Below, in pieces: positions 33,899 through 42,736 of a stretch of 42,736 nt of DNA (position 1 is the stretch's first letter; each line of letters starts with the position of its first letter). The position numbers and the translations under genes were made by a program. Source of the DNA: a virus; UHGV virus genome UHGV-0389216. One strand, written 5' to 3'. The notes under the pieces were generated by a model. The model saw only the letters and a list, made by a program, of their open reading frames with translations, was not told the origin of the DNA and made no database searches.

Positions 33899-35119
33899 AT
33901 GAAATATTTTTTCAATACCCGGCTGGGGGAAACCCGCTATCAGCTGGCTGACGGCTCGTTGCTGTGCAAAGACGTGCCGATAGGACGAACAGGTAAGCAG
34001 CTCTATGGTGCTGATGACCTGCCAAAACTGAAACCCGATAAGTTCGGTGAAATAGTCGTCACGCGTTCTCCTGAGCAGGTATTCCATCCCGCCACGCTTG
34101 CCTCATTCGAAGGAATGAGTATCACGGTGTTGCATCCCGAGGATGAAAACGGGGATGTGCGGCTGGTGAATCCAGAGAACTGGAAAGAGCTCGCGGTCGG
34201 GCATCTTCAGAATGTCCGGCGCGGGGCGGGTGTGCAGTCTGATTTGATGCTGGCTGACCTTATCGTCAAAGACGAAAACGCCATTCAGCTGATCGAAGAT
34301 GGCCTGCGCGAAGTGTCGTGTGGCTATGACGCGGAATATAAACAGGCTGAGCCGGGTAAGGCTCAGCAGGTCGATATTACCGGAAACCATGTGGCTCTTG
34401 TCCCTAAAGGCAGAGCCGGAAATCGTTGTGCAATTGGAGACAGAGACACAATGGCAAATCAAAAGAAAAGCTGGTGGACCCGCATGCGCACGGCCATCAA
34501 AACGGGTGACGCTGACACCATGAACGAACTGGTGGAGTCGGCTCCCGCATCGGTTACAGGAGATGAGGGGGATTTGCCGCAGGGCGTTAATCTCAACATC
34601 AACCTGTCCCCGCAGCAACCGCTACCGGACAAAGCACCAGAGATGGGCGGAGGTCCAACCGGCGACAGTGATGATGACCTCAAAACATTACTGAAAGCCC
34701 TGCTGGCTAAGCTGGAAGGAAATGCGACGGGCGATAACGACAATAAGCCTGACGATAATCCGACCGGTGACGGCGAGGACGATGAAGAGGAAACCACGAT
34801 TACTGGTGACTCAGCCTGGCGTGCCGAAGTTATCGTTCCGGGTATCGATCTGAGCCGTAAGATGAAACCGACCGCGTTCAAACGTGAGGTTCTGGCTTCT
34901 GCTGACAAAACGCTGGTTCGCCAGATAGTCGGTGATGCGGATATCCGCAAATTACCGAAACAATCGGTCGACATGGCGTTTAATGCCGTGTCTGAGATTG
35001 CCAAAGGGCGAAACACCCGCGCCACCACCGGCGATGCACAGCGCCCAAACATGGGCATGACCAGTATCGCTTCCCTGAACAAACAAAACGCTGAATTCTG
35101 GGCAAACCGTAAAGGGTAA
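33899..35119 (+). CDS. putative scaffold/prohead-protease-like head protein
   Basis: 406 aa; acidic, low-complexity middle (GDSDDDL...GDGEDDEEE); position between F-like and major capsid genes. Confidence 0.45.
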   Translation: MKYFFNTRLGETRYQLADGSLLCKDVPIGRTGKQLYGADDLPKLKPDKFGEIVVTRSPEQVFHPATLASFEGMSITVLHPEDENGDVRLVNPENWKELAVGHLQNVRRGAGVQSDLMLADLIVKDENAIQLIEDGLREVSCGYDAEYKQAEPGKAQQVDITGNHVALVPKGRAGNRCAIGDRDTMANQKKSWWTRMRTAIKTGDADTMNELVESAPASVTGDEGDLPQGVNLNINLSPQQPLPDKAPEMGGGPTGDSDDDLKTLLKALLAKLEGNATGDNDNKPDDNPTGDGEDDEEETTITGDSAWRAEVIVPGIDLSRKMKPTAFKREVLASADKTLVRQIVGDADIRKLPKQSVDMAFNAVSEIAKGRNTRATTGDAQRPNMGMTSIASLNKQNAEFWANRKG

Positions 35120-35122
35120 AAA

Positions 35123-35629
35123 ATGAATAATGTATTTCTGTACCGGATGCCTGTTGGCATTGCCGGGGCCGTCTCTCGCCCGCAGGACTTAACCGTCGAA
35201 CCGGTGGTCCTTAAATCCGATAACGCCTTCGCTGCCTATGGCCTGGCTGGTAAATACGATGATGACGGTTTTTTCGTGCCGCTGGCAGATGGTGATACCG
35301 CAGACAAGGTGAAGGGGATCTACGTGCGCCCTTATCCGACCACTTCGCAGCCGGACATGGTTCGCCAGGTGGGGACTGGCAAGAACTTCCCGGGCGACGC
35401 CATGAAGCGTGGCTACGTGACCGTTAATCTCGGTTCTGATTTTGATGCCAGCACCATCAAAAAAGGCGACCCGGTATACGTTGTCGTCTCCACTGATGAA
35501 TCCATCAAAGTGCCGCTGGGTGGATTCATGGCCACGTCAGTCAGTGGCAAAAACGTGGTGCTGACCAACGCTGAATTCACAGGTGCCGGAGATGCTGACG
35601 GCAATGCAGAAATTTCCTGGAAGATTTAA
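35123..35629 (+). CDS. head structural/decoration-like protein
   Basis: 168-aa ORF immediately upstream of major capsid gene. Confidence 0.4.
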   Translation: MNNVFLYRMPVGIAGAVSRPQDLTVEPVVLKSDNAFAAYGLAGKYDDDGFFVPLADGDTADKVKGIYVRPYPTTSQPDMVRQVGTGKNFPGDAMKRGYVTVNLGSDFDASTIKKGDPVYVVVSTDESIKVPLGGFMATSVSGKNVVLTNAEFTGAGDADGNAEISWKI

Positions 35630-35640
35630 GGAACAGACGA

Positions 35641-36582
35641 ATGATTACTTTTGATCAGGCAACCGTTGACAGCTCTGGTGCCTTTCTCATCGGGGAGCTG
35701 GAGCGACTCGACCAGACGCTGAACCTGCCACTGGTGGGGTACACCTGGACCCGCGATATTCAGTTGCGTGAAGATGTCTCCATCGCAGATGACATTTCCA
35801 GCTGGACGAATACCAGCTTCGCCGCTGCGGGTACTGGTGCAAATCCGAATGGCAAAAACTGGGTAGGCAAAGACTCAACCGCTATTGCTGGCGTGAACGT
35901 GGATATCGGCAAATCCGGTAACCCGATGAACCTGTGGGGGATGGAACTTGGCTGGACGGTCATAGAATTGCAGGCTGCTCAGCAGGTCGGACGCCCGATT
36001 GATACGCAGAAGTATGACGGGATGCAACTGAAATGGCAGATGGATAACGATGAACAGGTATATGTTGGCGATTCCGCATTAAACCTGAAAGGTCTTGTTA
36101 CCCTGGACGGCGTGCCTGTCAACAACGCTGCCAAAACGTGGGCAACCTCAACACCGGACGAAATCCGCGCAAGCATTAACCAGGTGCTGTCTGATGCGTG
36201 GGCCGCTTCCGGTTACTCTGTGGTTCCGCGTGATTTGCTGATCCCGCCTGAGCAGTTTGCTCTGTTGTCCAGCATCATCGTTTCATCTGCGGGTAACCAG
36301 TCCCTGTTGACGTACCTTCAGACCAACACCATCAGCTATCACCAGAACGGTGTTCCGCTGAATATCCGCGCGGTTAAATGGCTGAAAGGCCGTGGTGTGG
36401 GGAATAAGGATCGCATGGTTGCGTACACCAACGATAAAAAATACGTCCGCTACCCGCTGGTTCCGCTTCAGAGCGTGCCGGTGCAGTATCGCGGTCTGTA
36501 TCAGATCGTCACTTACTACGGCAAGCTGGGTGCAGTCGAGTCAGTGTACAAAGAAACCATTTCGTACGTTGATGGCATTTAA
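35641..36582 (+). CDS. major capsid protein (putative)
   Basis: 313 aa; position after scaffold-like gene; size typical of Mu T-like major head proteins. Confidence 0.6.
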   Translation: MITFDQATVDSSGAFLIGELERLDQTLNLPLVGYTWTRDIQLREDVSIADDISSWTNTSFAAAGTGANPNGKNWVGKDSTAIAGVNVDIGKSGNPMNLWGMELGWTVIELQAAQQVGRPIDTQKYDGMQLKWQMDNDEQVYVGDSALNLKGLVTLDGVPVNNAAKTWATSTPDEIRASINQVLSDAWAASGYSVVPRDLLIPPEQFALLSSIIVSSAGNQSLLTYLQTNTISYHQNGVPLNIRAVKWLKGRGVGNKDRMVAYTNDKKYVRYPLVPLQSVPVQYRGLYQIVTYYGKLGAVESVYKETISYVDGI

Positions 36583-36623
36583 CAGCCACATGGCCCCCTG
36601 GCGGGGCCATTAAGGATGACCCG

Positions 36624-36845
36624 ATGGCAAAAAATAATGCAGTAATATACGTACATACCCCGTTTGTGCTCACGCTTCCCGACGGTTCACGGCGCGAGTT
36701 TGTTAAAGGCCGTCATGCTGTGGAGGAAGACGTTGCCACGCACTGGTTCACTCGTGCGCACGCGGAAGTATCCGTTGGCAAAGCCACAGACGCGCGTAAC
36801 GAGGTAAAAAATGCCAAAGAATCAAAGTCTGCCAGCGGTAAGTGA
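36624..36845 (+). CDS. small hypothetical head-module protein
   Basis: 73-aa ORF overlapping start of next gene. Confidence 0.3.
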   Translation: MAKNNAVIYVHTPFVLTLPDGSRREFVKGRHAVEEDVATHWFTRAHAEVSVGKATDARNEVKNAKESKSASGK

Positions 36846-37218
36846 TTTTCGCCGCGACTTCCCGCAGTTTGCTGACCCTGCCAAATATCCCGAAGCGCAA
36901 ATCCAGTTTCGTCTGAATCTGGCCGATGAACTGCTGAGCGAAAACGTCACCGGCAAAAAGTTGTTTCCGTACTTTGCCGGGTTGTTCGTTGCGCACTACA
37001 TGACGCTCTGGGCGGCAGACAGCCGGGCGATGCTGGCTGGCGAGCCGGGCGGTTCAACCAATGGTGTTCAGTCCTCAAAGTCCGTGGATAAGGTAAGCGT
37101 CAGTTATGACACCAGCGCGACGCTGAATCCTGATGCAGGTTTCTGGAATAACACCCGATATGGCGCTGAATTTTATCAGTTGATCACGATGTTCGGTGCA
37201 GGTGGTCGCCAGCTATGA
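36811..37218 (+). CDS. head-tail connector/neck protein (putative)
   Basis: 135 aa; GAGG then ATG 36811; position after capsid gene. Confidence 0.4.
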   Translation: MPKNQSLPAVSDFRRDFPQFADPAKYPEAQIQFRLNLADELLSENVTGKKLFPYFAGLFVAHYMTLWAADSRAMLAGEPGGSTNGVQSSKSVDKVSVSYDTSATLNPDAGFWNNTRYGAEFYQLITMFGAGGRQL

Positions 37219-37769
37219 GTTTCAAAAGCGGTGTAACAACGAGGGTGGATAACGCTAAGGCTATTCTGGATGCGCTCAGGTCGTTAACCAAAAAAGATGT
37301 GCTGGTCGGCATCCCTTCGGAAGACAGCGAGCGGGATGATGTTCCGTTTGGTAATGCGGGCATCGGTTACCTCAACGAATACGGCTCACCAGAGCAGAAC
37401 ATCCCGCCACGACCTCACCTGGTCCCCGGCGTTAAATCGGCAGAAGAGCAGACGGTGCCGCAGCTCAAAGCCGCGGCGCAGGCTGCACTTGATGGTAATG
37501 CTGCGGGAGCAGAAAGCGCACTCAACCGTGCCGGAACACTGGCCGCTAATGGCGTCAGGCGTTACATGACCATTACCGGCTTTACGCCGCTTGCTGACAG
37601 TACTGTTGAAGCCCGGGCTCGTCGGGGGCGCAAGGGGGCAACACTGGAACTTGCCCGGCGTGCTGCTGGCGAATCCCCGGGAACCGAACTGGCGAAACCA
37701 TTAATTGACACCGGGCAATATCGCAGAGCGATTACCCATGTTGTGAGGGATAAAAATGCCGACTCTTGA
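37215..37769 (+). CDS. neck/head completion protein (putative)
   Basis: 184 aa; ATGA overlap with previous gene. Confidence 0.4.
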   Translation: MSFKSGVTTRVDNAKAILDALRSLTKKDVLVGIPSEDSERDDVPFGNAGIGYLNEYGSPEQNIPPRPHLVPGVKSAEEQTVPQLKAAAQAALDGNAAGAESALNRAGTLAANGVRRYMTITGFTPLADSTVEARARRGRKGATLELARRAAGESPGTELAKPLIDTGQYRRAITHVVRDKNADS

Positions 37770-38145
37770 TGTAACAGATGTGCTTTTTGACCCCGATTTT
37801 TGCGACTTCAATTTGTGGGTAACACGCCGTGTGCAAACGGTGGATGAGGACGGGATCGGCAGCGACAGCGAAGTTAAAAAGCAGTTTGCCGGAGTCGTAA
37901 CTGTTGATCGCTCTCTGGAAAACCGTCGTATGCAGGCCGGGCAGGTAATCAGCGGTGCAATTCTGATTGTGACGACTGAGCGACTGACGCAGGGACAGAC
38001 TGGCCGTGATGCCGATATCGTGACGTATCAGGGCCGTGATTATCGTGTGACTTTCGTCGACCCGTATACAGCGTATGGTGCCGGATTCGTTCAGGCGCAT
38101 TGTGAGTTGCTGCCGTTTGATGGGGGAATTCCGGTTGAGCAATAA
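37756..38145 (+). CDS. neck/tail completion protein (putative)
   Basis: 129 aa; overlapping coupled ORF. Confidence 0.4.
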   Translation: MPTLDVTDVLFDPDFCDFNLWVTRRVQTVDEDGIGSDSEVKKQFAGVVTVDRSLENRRMQAGQVISGAILIVTTERLTQGQTGRDADIVTYQGRDYRVTFVDPYTAYGAGFVQAHCELLPFDGGIPVEQ

Positions 38146-38683
38146 CACCAGCACAGAGCGCGGATGGCTGATACCAACCAGTGGCGATCCGGATTATGAC
38201 GAAGCGCTCGACAGGCTGTTAAGCCAGTGGATGCGTAACGTTTCCGGTCTGTCTGCCGGGATGGTTCGCCCGCGCTGGCAGAAAGAGCAGCCGCCACTGC
38301 TACCGGCTGAAACGAACTGGTGTGCGTTTGGGGTTATCGGATGGTCAGGTGATGACAGTCCGGCATTCACCAGACAGACTGATGATGGCTCTCAGCTCTG
38401 GCGGCATGAAACGATTGAGTGTATGGCTTCGTTTTATGGTCCGGCGGGGATGGTGTATGCGTCCCGGTTTCGTGACGGTATATCTGTACCGCAGAACAAC
38501 GCAGCACTGAATGTGCTGGGGCTGTCTCTTGGCGATTACACAGGTCTGACTCCCTTCCCTGAACTTATTAATCAGCAATGGGTCCGCCGCTACGATATGA
38601 CGGTGCGTCTGCGCCGGAAGGTTGTGCGCGAGTACGGTATTAAATCGCTGGTGGAAGCACCAGTCATCTTTTTCGGAGATTAA
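38120..38683 (+). CDS. tail completion protein (putative)
   Basis: In-frame ATG at 38120 overlapping previous gene end; ORF ends 38683. Confidence 0.4.
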   Translation: MGEFRLSNNTSTERGWLIPTSGDPDYDEALDRLLSQWMRNVSGLSAGMVRPRWQKEQPPLLPAETNWCAFGVIGWSGDDSPAFTRQTDDGSQLWRHETIECMASFYGPAGMVYASRFRDGISVPQNNAALNVLGLSLGDYTGLTPFPELINQQWVRRYDMTVRLRRKVVREYGIKSLVEAPVIFFGD

Positions 38684-38686
38684 GCT

Positions 38687-39832
38687 ATGGCACAGGGCTT
38701 GCCTGTATCAAACGTTGTTAATGTTGATGTGATCATGTCGCCGCGTGCAGCATCAGGGCGAAATTTTGGTGCATTACTCATTCTCGGCCCGTCCACAATC
38801 ATTCCGGTAAGTGAGCGCATTCGCCGTTATTCTGCCGCGGAAGATATTGGAAAAGATTTTGGCGTGGAATCACCAGAATATAAGGCTGCGCAGGTGTTTT
38901 TCTCTCAATCACCGAAACCTCAGGAGGTTTTTGTTGGTCGTTGGGTGAAAACGAAGGGAGACAGCGAACAGGCCACGCCTGAGACGCTGGAGCAGGCTGT
39001 GAATGCCATGCTCGATTATACTTCATGGTATGGGCTGGGGATTGCAGACGATGCAGATATTCCGGATGCAGACTGGCTGAAAGTGGCTGCGGCGATCGAA
39101 TCCTCTTCTGTAAGCCGTATTCTGGCGATTACGACAAGCGATGAGAAATGCCTGCAGACTGCATCCAGCGATGATTTGGCATCAAAACTGAAAACCGCCG
39201 GATATTCACGCAGTTTTATTCAGTATTCATCGGGTAATAAATACGCTGCGTTATCTGCATTTGGCCGGGCATTCACGGTTAATTTCAATGGCAGTAATAC
39301 CGCGATTACGCTCAAGTTTAAGCAGGCGCCGGGCGTCGGGTATGAAACACTGACAGTCAGCCAGGCATCGGCACTTGATGCAAAAAACTGCAATGTATTC
39401 GTGTACTACCAGAATGATACGGCTATCCTCCAGCAGGGAGTGATGGCTAACGGCGATTTCTTTGATGAACGCCACGGCCTGGACTGGTTACAGAATTATG
39501 TGCAGACCAACCTCTATAACCTGCTTTATACCAGCACCACGAAAGTACCCCAGACTGAAGCCGGTATTACCAGACTGTTATCAAGTGTTGAAAAATCACT
39601 GGATCAGGCCGTTCAGAATGGACTGATTGCTCCGGGCGTATGGAACGGTGGCGACCTGGGTCAGTTGTCATCAGGTGACACGCTGCCCAAAGGTTATTAC
39701 GTATACGCCCAGCCACTGGATGAACAGGCACAATCAGAACGTGAAGCCCGTAAGGCTCCGGTGATTCAGGCTGCAATAAAACTTGCAGGCGCGGTTCATT
39801 ACGCTGACGTACAGATTAACGTTGTTCGCTAA
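38687..39832 (+). CDS. tail sheath protein (putative)
   Basis: 381 aa; first and largest of the sheath, tube, chaperone, tape-measure series. Confidence 0.55.
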   Translation: MAQGLPVSNVVNVDVIMSPRAASGRNFGALLILGPSTIIPVSERIRRYSAAEDIGKDFGVESPEYKAAQVFFSQSPKPQEVFVGRWVKTKGDSEQATPETLEQAVNAMLDYTSWYGLGIADDADIPDADWLKVAAAIESSSVSRILAITTSDEKCLQTASSDDLASKLKTAGYSRSFIQYSSGNKYAALSAFGRAFTVNFNGSNTAITLKFKQAPGVGYETLTVSQASALDAKNCNVFVYYQNDTAILQQGVMANGDFFDERHGLDWLQNYVQTNLYNLLYTSTTKVPQTEAGITRLLSSVEKSLDQAVQNGLIAPGVWNGGDLGQLSSGDTLPKGYYVYAQPLDEQAQSEREARKAPVIQAAIKLAGAVHYADVQINVVR

Positions 39833-39842
39833 GGGGAAGTGA

Positions 39843-40283
39843 ATGTCTACCTATTCTTTTATGGATGTCACTGCGACGCTGACCGGGCCGACCGGTTCGA
39901 TTGACCTCGGGTACGGTTCGGCAAGTTCTGAAGAGGGGATTGTGGTTGCGATGGGCGGTCCTAAAAACACCATGACCATCGGTGCTGATGGCGAAGTGAT
40001 GCACAGTCTCCATGCAGATAAAAGCGGGACGATTACCGTTAACCTTCTGAAGACATCACCGACAAATAAAAAATTGTCGCTGGCGTATAACGCACAGAGC
40101 CAGTCTTCTGCCACATGGGGGAATAACGTTATCGTGATCCGCAACAAGGTCAGCGGCGACATCATCACGGCACGCAGTGTTGCGTTCCAGAAACAACCGG
40201 ATAACGCCAACGCTAAAACCGGTAATACGATGCCGTGGGTGTTTGACTGCGGCAAGATTGACCAGGTTCTCGGGGAGTTTTAA
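39843..40283 (+). CDS. tail tube protein (putative)
   Basis: 146 aa; GGGGAAG upstream; between sheath-like gene and chaperone. Confidence 0.55.
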   Translation: MSTYSFMDVTATLTGPTGSIDLGYGSASSEEGIVVAMGGPKNTMTIGADGEVMHSLHADKSGTITVNLLKTSPTNKKLSLAYNAQSQSSATWGNNVIVIRNKVSGDIITARSVAFQKQPDNANAKTGNTMPWVFDCGKIDQVLGEF

Positions 40284-40286
40284 TAC

Positions 40287-40739
40287 ATGGAGTTCGAAAT
40301 CAAAGGCGTGAAATATCGCGTGGCAAAACTCAGCGTTTTTGACCAACTGAAAGTGACCCGCAAACTTCTGCCGGTGCTGGCAGGAATGATGTCAGATTTC
40401 GGGAGCATTCGCTCCCGTTTGCCTGCTGATGGCAAAATCGACACCGTGAAATTCGAGCAGTTAAAACCGGTGTTTGAAACCATGCTCCCGCGTATCGCTG
40501 AGGAACTGTCTTCCCTGACCGAAGATGACACCAGTGCGATTATTCATCCCTGTCTTGCGGTGGTATCGCGGCGTCATATGGACGGATGGGTTCCGGTATT
40601 TACCCAGGGCGAACTGATGTTTGATGATATTGACTTGCTGGTCATGCTGCAGCTGGTGGCGCGGGTGGTCGCCGATTCGCTGGGAAATTTTTTGCCTACA
40701 CCCCTTACCAGCACGACGCAGAGCCTGCAACAGGGCTGA
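40287..40739 (+). CDS. tail assembly chaperone (with candidate -1 frameshift extension to 40927)
   Basis: 150 aa immediately upstream of tape measure; slippery run GGGAAATTTTTTG near 3' end; -1 frame open from 40682 to TGA 40925-40927. Confidence 0.5.
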   Translation: MEFEIKGVKYRVAKLSVFDQLKVTRKLLPVLAGMMSDFGSIRSRLPADGKIDTVKFEQLKPVFETMLPRIAEELSSLTEDDTSAIIHPCLAVVSRRHMDGWVPVFTQGELMFDDIDLLVMLQLVARVVADSLGNFLPTPLTSTTQSLQQG

Positions 40740-40916
40740 CGTTTAACAGCCTGCCGGACGGGCTGTCCTACCTTCTCAATCCGGTTGACGCCGGGTTAAT
40801 TCCTTATACAGCACTTAAAGATGGCTCTGTCGATTTGTACGATATTGCTCTTTTGAATGACCATCTGGCGGTAAAAGCGGATAACCAGCGGCGCATTGAG
40901 AAATGGAGAGAGGATA

Positions 40917-42736
40917 ATGAACGCTGAAACTATTAAAGATTTCCTCGTCTCGCTTGGCTTCAGTGTGGATGATGCAGGAGCGAAAAAGTTCGGTTCTGTC
41001 CTCGCCGGTACAACTGCAAATGTCATCAAAATGGGGCTGGCCGTTGAAGGAGCCGCGCTGTCCGTGGTGGCCTTCACGGCTAAGATCGCCTCCGGTCTGG
41101 ATAATCTTTACTGGGCGTCACAGCGCACTGGAGCGACAGTCCAGGGAATTCAGTCTATTGGCTATGCGGTTTCGCAGGTTGGCGGCAGCGTGGACGCTGC
41201 GCGATCTTCTCTGGAAAGCCTCTCCCGGTTTATTCGTAATAATCCCGGTGCAGAGGGATTTCTGAATCGCCTGGGGGTACAGACACGGGATGCCAGCGGT
41301 AACATGCGTGACATGGCCGCTATTTTTACAGGTGTAGGCCAGAAGCTCAGCGGCATGCCGTATTACCGGGCTAACCAGTATGCGCAGATGCTGGGCATTG
41401 ACGAAAATACCCTTATGGCGATGCGTCGGGGTGTGGGTGGTTTCTCCGGGCAGTACAGCGCAATGGCGAAAGCTATCGGCTTCAATGCTGACGAGGCGGC
41501 CAGAAGCTCCAACAAATTTATGACCTCCCTGCGTGAGTTTAGCGCGATGGCAGGCATGGCCCGTGACAAAATCGGCTCTAATCTTGCGGGTGGGCTTGCG
41601 GGTTCGCTGGACACCCTGCGCCGCCATATCCTGGACAACTTCCCTCGTATCGAGCTGACCCTGACGAAAGCCATAAAAGGCATTCTGGCGCTCGGGGATA
41701 TTATCGGGCGGCTGTTCTTCAGACTGATTGAAGGAACATCAGGTCTCATCACCTGGTGGCAATCGCTGGATAAGCAAACGCGGCAGTTGATCTCGCTGTT
41801 TGGCGCACTGACGATTGCGCTGCGCATTCTGAACAGTACGTTCTGGATGTCGCCGATTGGCCTTATTACTGCGCTGGCGGCGGGGATTGCCCTTCTGTGG
41901 GAGGACTATCAGACCTGGAAGGAAGGCGGCGACAGCCTGATTGACTGGGGCAAGTGGAAACCGGAGGTCGATGCCGCGTTGAAGATGGTTCGTGACCTTA
42001 AAACAACCGTTAACGACCTGGCGAAAGCGCTGGCGAAACTGCTCAATATTGACCCCAAATCATGGTCCCTGAAGTGGGATTTCAGCAACTTCATCGACCA
42101 GATGGGCGAATTCAGCAAAATGCTGAACATGATCGCCGACCTGCTCAACGCTATCAAAGATGGCCGCTGGGCTGATGCCGTCAGCATCAGCAAACAGATA
42201 CTTAATCAGGGCAGTGAAAATCCGTCAGCGATGCCGATGGTTACAGACAGCGCTAACAGTACTGCCGACTGGATTAAAGAGCACTGGGGATTCGATCCTC
42301 GCAGCGTGGGCCGGACGGTACGCGGCTGGTTTGGTGATGATGAGCCGGAACAATATGCACAGGCTACGAAACGAGGAGAACGGAATAACAATCCGGGAAA
42401 CCTTAATTTTGCTGGTCAGGCAGGGGCTTCTCTTGAACGCCCGGGCGGGCGATTTGCCAGATTTGAAACTGCTTTTGATGGATTACGGGCTCTTGCTCGT
42501 CAGTTAATGCTGTACGCCGGACGGGGAATAAACAGTGTGGAGAAAATTATCTCTACCTGGGCACCTGCGTCTGATAATAACAACACAACTGCGTATATCA
42601 GGGCTGTATCGCAACGACTGGGAGTGGATCCCCGGGCTGCCCTGAATATGAGCGATCCGCAAACCATGTCAGCATTGATGAGCAGCATTATCCAGCATGA
42701 AAATGGAAGAAATATCTATTCCCGAGAGCTGATTAA
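40917..42736 (+). CDS. tail tape measure protein (partial, continues beyond window)
   Basis: ATG 40917 preceded by GGAGAGAGGA; 606 codons open to window end; Ala/Gly-rich helical N-terminus with hydrophobic segments. Not in ORF track because no stop in window. Confidence 0.7.
   Translation, partial: MNAETIKDFLVSLGFSVDDAGAKKFGSVLAGTTANVIKMGLAVEGAALSVVAFTAKIASGLDNLYWASQRTGATVQGIQSIGYAVSQVGGSVDAARSSLESLSRFIRNNPGAEGFLNRLGVQTRDASGNMRDMAAIFTGVGQKLSGMPYYRANQYAQMLGIDENTLMAMRRGVGGFSGQYSAMAKAIGFNADEAARSSNKFMTSLREFSAMAGMARDKIGSNLAGGLAGSLDTLRRHILDNFPRIELTLTKAIKGILALGDIIGRLFFRLIEGTSGLITWWQSLDKQTRQLISLFGALTIALRILNSTFWMSPIGLITALAAGIALLWEDYQTWKEGGDSLIDWGKWKPEVDAALKMVRDLKTTVNDLAKALAKLLNIDPKSWSLKWDFSNFIDQMGEFSKMLNMIADLLNAIKDGRWADAVSISKQILNQGSENPSAMPMVTDSANSTADWIKEHWGFDPRSVGRTVRGWFGDDEPEQYAQATKRGERNNNPGNLNFAGQAGASLERPGGRFARFETAFDGLRALARQLMLYAGRGINSVEKIISTWAPASDNNNTTAYIRAVSQRLGVDPRAALNMSDPQTMSALMSSIIQHENGRNIYSRELI

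Noticed and set aside
34459-35160. 233-aa minus-strand ORF antisense to the scaffold-like gene
   Set aside because: Extremely Ser/Pro-rich low-complexity translation opposite a coupled late-operon gene; shadow ORF.
41118-41827. Minus-strand ORFs antisense to the tape measure gene
   Set aside because: They lie opposite a 606-codon stop-free plus-strand frame with a strong RBS; Arg/Ala-rich shadow ORFs.

Overview
The window is almost entirely one temperate tailed-phage genome of Enterobacteriaceae type, laid out in vegetative order and cut inside the tape-measure gene. It is mosaic: a lambda-like CI/Cro switch, Q-like antiterminator and holin/endolysin(R)/Rz/Rz1 lysis cassette, combined with Mu/SfV-like head and contractile-tail genes. 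Layout: baseplate and tail-fibre genes (0.2-7.3 kb); an AT-rich cargo region with an O-antigen-type acyltransferase, an IS110-family insertion and two unknown genes (7.3-12 kb); tyrosine integrase plus AlpA/Xis-like gene (12.1-13.7 kb); a long minus-strand early operon encoding its own replication/recombination functions (SNF2-like helicase, VRR-NUC, family A DNA polymerase, Cas4-like nuclease; 13.7-22.9 kb); CI/Cro (23.5-24.5 kb); primase-helicase followed by an iteron-type origin candidate (24.5-26.8 kb); Q-like gene and lysis cassette (27-29.5 kb); terminase, portal, head, sheath, tube, chaperone and tape measure (29.6-42.7 kb). No rRNA, tRNA or CRISPR array was recognised. The best candidates for an undescribed system are two AT-rich accessory genes inside the replication operon that share a TIR-like/NDT-like NVxxExG motif (15.1-17.5 kb), and an unknown two-gene cassette beside int (10.6-11.8 kb). 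All product calls are from reading the translations and gene order by eye; no database search was run, and family names are from memory.
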